Shown here: piece after piece, positions 57,685-64,000 of the stretch
Layout: the number at the start of each line of letters is the position of its first letter
Position numbering within the stretch: the stretch's first letter is position 1
Assembly: GCA_005223125.1 (NCBI GenBank)
Contig: NJBH01000002.1
Span: 32,001-96,000, forward strand
Direction: 5' to 3'
Source: Promethearchaeota archaeon Loki_b32
GTDB taxonomy: Archaea > Asgardarchaeota > Lokiarchaeia > Sigyniarchaeales > SOKP01
DNA: 64,000 nt
The notes under the pieces: generated by a model
The model's input: only the letters and a program-made list of their open reading frames with translations
Told to the model about the DNA's origin: nothing
Database searches by the model: none
Position numbers and translations under genes: made by a program

Positions 57685-58542
57685 ATGATTATTGATATGC
57701 ATGTTCATCCCTTTTGTAAAGAGGCTCATTGGGGAGAAGATATAAACAAAATTGCTGAAAAATTACTTGGAAAAGTAAAAACTGGTAGAAGGAGATTGTT
57801 TAAATTTTTTGAAGTAATGAAAGATAAAATCTCTATAGATGATTATGTTTCTACGATGAACAAGTATGAAATTGATAAAGCAGTTATAGTTTCTTTTAAT
57901 TTAATAAGTGCTTATGATATATGTTTAGTTAATAATGAAGATCTAGCGAATTTTGTGAAGAGATATCCAAATCGACTGATAGGTTATGCAGGGATAGATT
58001 TTCCTGCTCATAATGTTTTAGAACAACTTGAATATGCAATCGTATCATTAGGACTTAAAGGAGTAAAGGCTGCTCCACCTGTACAAAAATTCGATATTTC
58101 TGACAAAAAACTTGATCCTTTATGGCGTAAAATGATTGATTTAAACGTCCCGTTATGGACACATACAGCTGACGCAAGAACAGTTATAGGATCAATTACT
58201 AAATATGGACATCCAATGCTTATTGATGAATTAGCAACGAGACATCAAGATTTAACTATTATTATGGGGCATATGGGTATTCCTTGGTTCTGGGAAGCGA
58301 TATCTGTTGTTTTAAGGCATCCAAATGTGTATATTGATATTTCTAACCATCCAATTTATTATAAGTATTTTCCTTGGGATGTTTTTACAGCGGAAGGCTC
58401 AGAAAACAAGTTATTATATGCAAGCGACCATCCCCTGATTAACTGGAATGAGATATTACCCGCAGTGAAAAAATTACCGATTTCAGAAGGATTCCGGAAG
58501 TTAATTTTATATGAAAATGCTAAAAAACTATTAAAAATTTAA
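57685..58542 (+). CDS. Amidohydrolase family protein
   Basis: IDMHVH, WTHT, MGHMG, YIDIS, YASDHP, ENAKKLL. Confidence 0.88.
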   Translation: MIIDMHVHPFCKEAHWGEDINKIAEKLLGKVKTGRRRLFKFFEVMKDKISIDDYVSTMNKYEIDKAVIVSFNLISAYDICLVNNEDLANFVKRYPNRLIGYAGIDFPAHNVLEQLEYAIVSLGLKGVKAAPPVQKFDISDKKLDPLWRKMIDLNVPLWTHTADARTVIGSITKYGHPMLIDELATRHQDLTIIMGHMGIPWFWEAISVVLRHPNVYIDISNHPIYYKYFPWDVFTAEGSENKLLYASDHPLINWNEILPAVKKLPISEGFRKLILYENAKKLLKI

Positions 58543-58567
58543 AATCTAAACTTTTAAATGGTGTACC

Positions 58568-59458
58568 ATGATTTGGAAAACACAAATTACTAAGTTAACT
58601 AAAACAAAATATCCTCTTATTATGGCAGCATTTGCCGGATTAGGCAAAACTAAATTCGCTGCTTCATTTTCTAATGCAGGAGGTCTTGGAATAATAACAG
58701 CTTTGAATTATAACATTAATAACTTTAAAAAAGAATTAGAAAAAATGTATGAACTAACTGATAAACCTTTTGGAGTTAATCTCACAGTTGTTCCCCCAGG
58801 AGTTCGGTTTGGAAATAATAATATTACAAATGATGATTATCTAAATTATTTAGAAGTTGCGTTGAATAAAGGTGTAAACATTTTTACAACCTCCGCTTAT
58901 CAAGCTTCCTTTCTTGGAGAAAGGATACATGAAGCAGGCTGTTATTGGTTTCATAAATGTGCATTAATAAGACATGCAATATCCGCTGAGAAAGCAGGAG
59001 CAGATGCAGTAACACTAATCGGAATGGAAGCTGCGGGATTCAAAAATCCGTACCAACATACAACTTTAGTGAATATAACGATGGCTAAAAAGTTATTAAA
59101 TATTCCTGTAATTGCTGCGGGAGGAATCGGGGATGCACGAGGTTTTCTTGGGGCTTTAGCTATGGGTGCGGAAGCTGTTTGTTTAGGAACCGCAATATTA
59201 ACAACAACAGAAAGCCCCCTTTCGGTAGAAATGAAAGAGAAATGGATGAATACAGATATCTTCAACGAGGATTATCATAAAGGACTTTATCACTTAACTT
59301 TAGGACCTACGAGAGTACCATCGTCAGCAATAGGATTCCAGAAGAAGATAATTCCGTTAAAAATTTTCATTGAAAGTCTAATGAACAACGTAGAAGATAT
59401 TTTAAAATCATGGGGTTTTACAAAAGGGGAATTTAATTCCTTAAAAAATAAAATTTAA
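58568..59458 (+). CDS. Nitronate monooxygenase / FabK-like flavoprotein
   Basis: SNAGGLG, TDKPFGVNL, AGADAV, PVIAAGGIGD.RG...ALAMGAEAV.LGT. Confidence 0.88.
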   Translation: MIWKTQITKLTKTKYPLIMAAFAGLGKTKFAASFSNAGGLGIITALNYNINNFKKELEKMYELTDKPFGVNLTVVPPGVRFGNNNITNDDYLNYLEVALNKGVNIFTTSAYQASFLGERIHEAGCYWFHKCALIRHAISAEKAGADAVTLIGMEAAGFKNPYQHTTLVNITMAKKLLNIPVIAAGGIGDARGFLGALAMGAEAVCLGTAILTTTESPLSVEMKEKWMNTDIFNEDYHKGLYHLTLGPTRVPSSAIGFQKKIIPLKIFIESLMNNVEDILKSWGFTKGEFNSLKNKI

Positions 59459-59687
59459 CGAATTCTTGTTTTAAAACCAGCACACATTAAGGTTTTTTTT
59501 CTCACTTATTGAATGCTCTGATTTTGAAGAATATGCTGAAAGATGTGCTGTTAAATTATTAATTTTAGGATGATGGAAATTGATTTTGAAAAGATTAGTC
59601 ATTCCTTAAAATTTATAAATAAATAGTTAATTTTATTCCTCTAATTTAACATTAAAAAAGAGAATTAAAATAAAGTGAATAAGTGAT

Positions 59688-60896
59688 ATGTCTTCTAAAT
59701 CAATAGTATATTGGGCAAGCCCATATGAAATGATGGGATTACCTGACTCCAAAAGCAATATGATAACTAATAATTTAGTAAAAACTCGATTTATATTAGA
59801 TAAAGTTTTGGATAACATCAATCCTGAAGATAAAGTTGGGATTAAGATCCATCCAGGAAACGCATATAATACACACTATTTACGCCATGATTATGTTCGT
59901 GAAGTTGTAAAGGCTGTGAAAGCAAAAGGTGGAATTCCTACTCTTATCGAGACTCAAGGATTGGGGATGTACAGCTATCAAATAAACATGTCTGAGAATT
60001 ATACAATTTGTCTTGATTGTAGAACTAATGCAGATGATCATGAAAAAATAGCCCATCTTCATGGATATTCTGAATCTATAGTTGGAGCACCATTGAAATT
60101 TCTTGATGGTGATAAAGGGATAGAAAGCAGAAATGTAAAAATAGATGGAATTCATTTAAAAGAGGTTGCTGTAGCTGCAGGCCTTTTTGAATATGATAAG
60201 ATTATAGTTGTATCTCACTTTAAAGGACATCCGCAAGCCGCTTTTGGAGGGGCTTTAAAGCAGCTTGGAGTTGGATGCGTGGCAAAAAAAAATAAATTTG
60301 TACTTCATTATTTAGATGATTTGAGTATAAATAATAGAAACTGTAATATATCTAAATGTGCACAAGAATGTATCTCTGAATGTCCAGTAAATGCTATAAA
60401 AATTGAAGGAGAATCTGCGGTCATAGATATCTCGTTATGTGTAGGGTGTACAGCGTGTTTTAAAAAATGTCCTATAAAGAGAGCAATAAAAAGAAAATTC
60501 AACATGACAGATATTAAGGGATTAACCGAAAAAGCAATGGATAATGCAGCTGCTGTTGTTAATTCCTATGGTCCTGATAAAATTCGTTATATTAATTTTG
60601 CTTTTGACATACCTCTAATGTGCGATTGTGTTGTTAATGCTAGTGCACCTGTCGTCCCTGATCTTGGTATTTTTGGGTCGTCTGATCCTATTGCGATTGA
60701 TAAAGCATGTCTTGATGCGGAGACCAACGCTCCAAGCCTTCCATTTCTAGATATGAAAGGCCAATGGACTCAACCAATTAAACCAGGTATAGAGAAATTT
60801 AAAGCATTAAATCCTATGGTTGATACAACATGGCAGATTAATGCAGCAGTAAAAAATAAACTTGGATCTATCGACTATGAGTTGGTAAAAATATAA
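59688..60896 (+). CDS. DUF362 Fe-S protein with 2x[4Fe-4S] ferredoxin insert
   Basis: VGIKIHPG, SHFKGH...FGGALKQLGVGC, CVGCTACFKKCP, CDC, DPIAIDKAC. Confidence 0.88.
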   Translation: MSSKSIVYWASPYEMMGLPDSKSNMITNNLVKTRFILDKVLDNINPEDKVGIKIHPGNAYNTHYLRHDYVREVVKAVKAKGGIPTLIETQGLGMYSYQINMSENYTICLDCRTNADDHEKIAHLHGYSESIVGAPLKFLDGDKGIESRNVKIDGIHLKEVAVAAGLFEYDKIIVVSHFKGHPQAAFGGALKQLGVGCVAKKNKFVLHYLDDLSINNRNCNISKCAQECISECPVNAIKIEGESAVIDISLCVGCTACFKKCPIKRAIKRKFNMTDIKGLTEKAMDNAAAVVNSYGPDKIRYINFAFDIPLMCDCVVNASAPVVPDLGIFGSSDPIAIDKACLDAETNAPSLPFLDMKGQWTQPIKPGIEKFKALNPMVDTTWQINAAVKNKLGSIDYELVKI

Positions 60897-61003
60897 CTAA
60901 TATAAAATTTTTTTTTAATTTTTGTTTCGTATCCTAATTATCAATAATATTGATAAGATATGGACATTTAATATTTTGCATATAAAATTTTATTTAAATA
61001 CTA

Positions 61004-61552
61004 TTGAAATATTCTAAGGTTAGTTTAATGAATAGTGTAATTGAAGGAGACGAAAAAAAGTCATTAGGTTTTGAAGAAAGAAGTATCAGCATTAAAATTG
61101 CATTAATTTCTATTACAGCAGCTTTATATATTGCATTAGGTTATATTTTCCAACCAATAAGTTTTTTAGCATTACAATTTCGCGTAGCAGAACTAATAGT
61201 GGGAATGTGCATTATTTTTCCTTTTGAAGGATTAGTTGGTAATGTTATAGGAGTATTTTTTGTTAATTTAACCTCACCTTTAGGTCATATTGATTTAATT
61301 AGTTGTATAGTGAATATACCTGCCCTATATTGTATTATCTTCTTTAGAGATAAAGGTTATTTCAAATATTTAGGTGGATTATTGTATGCAATTATTATCT
61401 CTTTATATGTGGCGATTGTATTAAAAATTGTTTTAAATTTACCAATTTGGATAAATTTTCTTTATGTATTAGTTCCCGAAGTTATCTTAGCAACAATAGG
61501 GATAATTTTGTTTGATATTATCAAAACCCAATTTAATTTTGACTATTCTTAA
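61004..61552 (+). CDS. queT: QueT family queuosine-precursor transporter
   Basis: AALYIAL...PISF..LQFRVAE, NL.SPLG..D. Confidence 0.8.
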   Translation: MKYSKVSLMNSVIEGDEKKSLGFEERSISIKIALISITAALYIALGYIFQPISFLALQFRVAELIVGMCIIFPFEGLVGNVIGVFFVNLTSPLGHIDLISCIVNIPALYCIIFFRDKGYFKYLGGLLYAIIISLYVAIVLKIVLNLPIWINFLYVLVPEVILATIGIILFDIIKTQFNFDYS

Positions 61553-61812
61553 TTTGCACTTAAGATAAGATCAAGCAATATAACTAATTCTATTTTCTTT
61601 AATAAGAAATTCAAAACATAATGTGAATTAATAGATCTAATTCAGAAAATAGCCTATTTGTTAATAATTTACTCAAAATAAAGCAATAAGTCATTATATG
61701 ATGTACTTTCTGTTCTATTAGAAAAACTAATTTTAAAAGGAAAATCTTTCATATGTTACTAAAATATTTTTTTTCTCTAATTAAAAAAAAAAATTTTAAG
61801 TGGAAGATTTTA

Positions 61813-64000
61813 ATGAAATTTTTCAAATACAAGACTTTTTTGGCACTAATTCTAATAATGAACCTCATTTTGCCAATCTATATTATAATGCCCTTTTACA
61901 TGAATAAAAATCATCAACTAAATGAATCCTTTGATATATCTTCTCAAGCTGTTGACCGTTCCGGGAAAATTTTCGATAATATTACAAGATTTAGTAAAAA
62001 TTGTTTTATTAATAGAGAACAACCAAGTTTAAACGAGCAACCAAGTGTTAATATTCCCAATTATAATATTTCGTATGCTGAGATGTCTTTTGAGAATATA
62101 ACTGCCGTAAATTATACAAGATCTATTGAAAGCGACTTCTCAGAATTTATTTTTAGCTCTCAGAATGGTCCTACTTGTGTATATCAAAAATTTGCTGTAG
62201 AGATGAATCAATACGTTAACAATGTGAGTATCCTTATCCAAGATATTAATAATCCAAGTTCATTTACAGATGAAAATTCATGGGAAGTAAGTATTGTGAA
62301 TTGTCTAAGCGATTCAGTTGGTACTCCTAATTCTTTTTCTAATGGAACCTTAGGTTCATTGCAAAAACCTCATCCCATAACCTATGCTGCTCATTGGGAA
62401 GTTTTTGATTTTAAAAATGATGGTACAGGTCCTATTTTCTTAAATACATCGAATACAAAAATGACTAATGATGGAAGATATTGGTTTGCCTTTAGAATTA
62501 AGATCCCTCAAGATGATTCTTATTTTGATGGCGGTCCAAAATTCCTTTATTTTAATCCGGATGACGATGATATAGGAGAAGGTGATATATATGCTATATC
62601 TCCCGACTTTTCTTATGATGCTTATACAATAAATGATGTAAATGTGTCAGAAGTAACAAGCGGAATATATATAAAAGGTGATCTTGACTCGTTCAAATAT
62701 AGTGATGAAGATAGATATTTAACAACTGATTCTAATAATGTAACCATAGACCTAAAAGTACATTTAGATAATTTGAAAAACTCACCTTTTAATTACACCG
62801 AGTTATTGATTCTTCACAAATTGCTTAACTGGCCTTTTGACCATTATAAGTATATTTTTAGTTTTGATTTTTATCTTATAGTAAATGTTTCTGATATCTC
62901 TCGGATAAAAAACGCTACTCTTTCAATATATAATTATAAAAGTCTAGGATGGGTAACTCTTCCGTATGATATTATACAAGAAAATGAAACAATGATTTAT
63001 ATTTCTATAAGAAATCCTTGGGAAAAAATAGAGATATTGAGATATATGGATAATTTAGCTAGCATTAATAATACTCTTAGATTTCAACTTGAATATATTG
63101 GAAATGGTCTTGGCGATTTCAATATATCTATTAATCATTTTAAAGTTGAAGTTGGTGAGATAGAAAATCTTCGGACAATTCAACGTCATGATCCATTAGT
63201 TCAAGAATTAGCCTTTCCTAGCAATATAGGAATTGTTAACGGGAGCACCGCAAGTTTCGGAGATCAAACATTAGATTCTTTAGAAGCGAATGATGATGAT
63301 TATTATCAAGCACAAGCTCTTACAAATAATCTAACCTTTTTTATGACTTTTAATGTATTAAATAATATGGATAGTTCTTTATGGGATGTGGATTATTATG
63401 ATTGGTTAGTCTCTTATCCAAATCCAGCTATTCCTTTAATGGACATACGTATCAGCTCAAATGTTAGTAAACCTGAAAATCTTGAATATGCTATATTAGC
63501 GTTACATAAAGGTAACGCTACATTTGATATTCTTGAACCCGATGCTAATAAAGCTGAATGGATTATTTTGAGTAGACCTAGAGAATTTGCTCTTATGAAT
63601 GAAACTACAACAATACTTCATTATGATGCTGGTTTCACATGGATCTTTCTTAATTTACTAAATGAATCAAGAAACAATGAAATTAATCTTGTATTGTTTT
63701 ATTATACAAACGAATCATCTGATCATGGATTTATTGTTTCTATTAATGAATTTAGCTTAAATTTCTATATTCAAAATGCCATACCTTCCGACATCTCATC
63801 TTCTATAGGATTGGGAATAAATAGCAATGCATTAACTCCCTCTGATATAAGATTACAAAATTTTGGTATAGATATAGGTGATACAGGAATAGGGAGCGGA
63901 TTTTGGGAGGGTGATATAGATAACGCTGTTTTTCCTCAAGGAATATTTGAATTCAATATTACTTCTTTATGGCATTCTATAAGATTTGATGTAAACGGTA
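61813..64000 (+). CDS. Large secreted/surface glycoprotein-like protein, 3'-truncated by the window edge
   Basis: MKFFKYKTFLALILIMNLILPIYII signal/TM segment; no stop seen to the window end; beta-rich, acidic, many N-x-S/T sequons (NIT, NIS, NYT, NVS, NGT, NAT, NES). Confidence 0.8.
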   Translation, partial: MKFFKYKTFLALILIMNLILPIYIIMPFYMNKNHQLNESFDISSQAVDRSGKIFDNITRFSKNCFINREQPSLNEQPSVNIPNYNISYAEMSFENITAVNYTRSIESDFSEFIFSSQNGPTCVYQKFAVEMNQYVNNVSILIQDINNPSSFTDENSWEVSIVNCLSDSVGTPNSFSNGTLGSLQKPHPITYAAHWEVFDFKNDGTGPIFLNTSNTKMTNDGRYWFAFRIKIPQDDSYFDGGPKFLYFNPDDDDIGEGDIYAISPDFSYDAYTINDVNVSEVTSGIYIKGDLDSFKYSDEDRYLTTDSNNVTIDLKVHLDNLKNSPFNYTELLILHKLLNWPFDHYKYIFSFDFYLIVNVSDISRIKNATLSIYNYKSLGWVTLPYDIIQENETMIYISIRNPWEKIEILRYMDNLASINNTLRFQLEYIGNGLGDFNISINHFKVEVGEIENLRTIQRHDPLVQELAFPSNIGIVNGSTASFGDQTLDSLEANDDDYYQAQALTNNLTFFMTFNVLNNMDSSLWDVDYYDWLVSYPNPAIPLMDIRISSNVSKPENLEYAILALHKGNATFDILEPDANKAEWIILSRPREFALMNETTTILHYDAGFTWIFLNLLNESRNNEINLVLFYYTNESSDHGFIVSINEFSLNFYIQNAIPSDISSSIGLGINSNALTPSDIRLQNFGIDIGDTGIGSGFWEGDIDNAVFPQGIFEFNITSLWHSIRFDVNG

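Noticed and set aside
59561-59613. Hairpin containing ATGA and an A-run (SECIS or riboswitch candidate)
   Set aside because: No 3' GA partner for the quartet, no in-frame TGA in flanking genes, and no riboswitch consensus recognised
247-60505. Numerous short ORFs overlapping longer genes (e.g. 247, 4671, 4694, 14069, 17214, 18685, 23934, 25822, 27384, 31939, 36673, 41084, 51240, 52553, 58951, 60308)
   Set aside because: Shadow frames of well-supported genes; 25822 is an off-frame reading of the queC remnant
61700-61735. GTTCTA...AAAAACTAA resembling a preQ1-I riboswitch near queT
   Set aside because: Lies downstream of queT and has no convincing P1 stem
1-64000. CRISPR arrays, rRNA, transposases
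   Set aside because: None seen

Overview
AT-rich archaeal chromosome segment, most likely Asgard (Lokiarchaeia-like). The assignment is inferred from eukaryotic-signature genes: three Ras/Rab-like GTPases (one fused to a roadblock domain), two multi-TM proteins with longin-like tails, and a gelsolin-domain protein. The window also holds idsA, a GH38 mannosidase, two solitary DNA methyltransferases, tRNA-Leu(CAG), Ogg and Nre repair genes, a P1B ATPase, a tupABC + moaC-A-D-E-moeA-moaB-moeA Mo/W-cofactor cluster, FTR1, a MoxR-vWA pair, an ABC-2 exporter, three PIN toxin-antitoxin modules, QueT, and the start of a large secreted protein. The top finding is a probable selenoprotein that the ORF track truncates (7126..8049, minus strand). 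It has a strong Shine-Dalgarno, an ATA start, an in-frame TGA at codon 14, and a eukaryote-type SECIS-like hairpin 15 nt after the stop, in a protein that resembles none of the redox selenoprotein families I recognise. Other observations: several apparent non-canonical start codons (ATA/ATT/CTG), a shared ModE-like operator before tupA and moaC, a start-less vWA frame overlapping moxR, a 49-bp duplication bracketing ftr1, and small ORFs and pseudogenes absent from the ORF track. All calls come from motif reading; no database searches were run.
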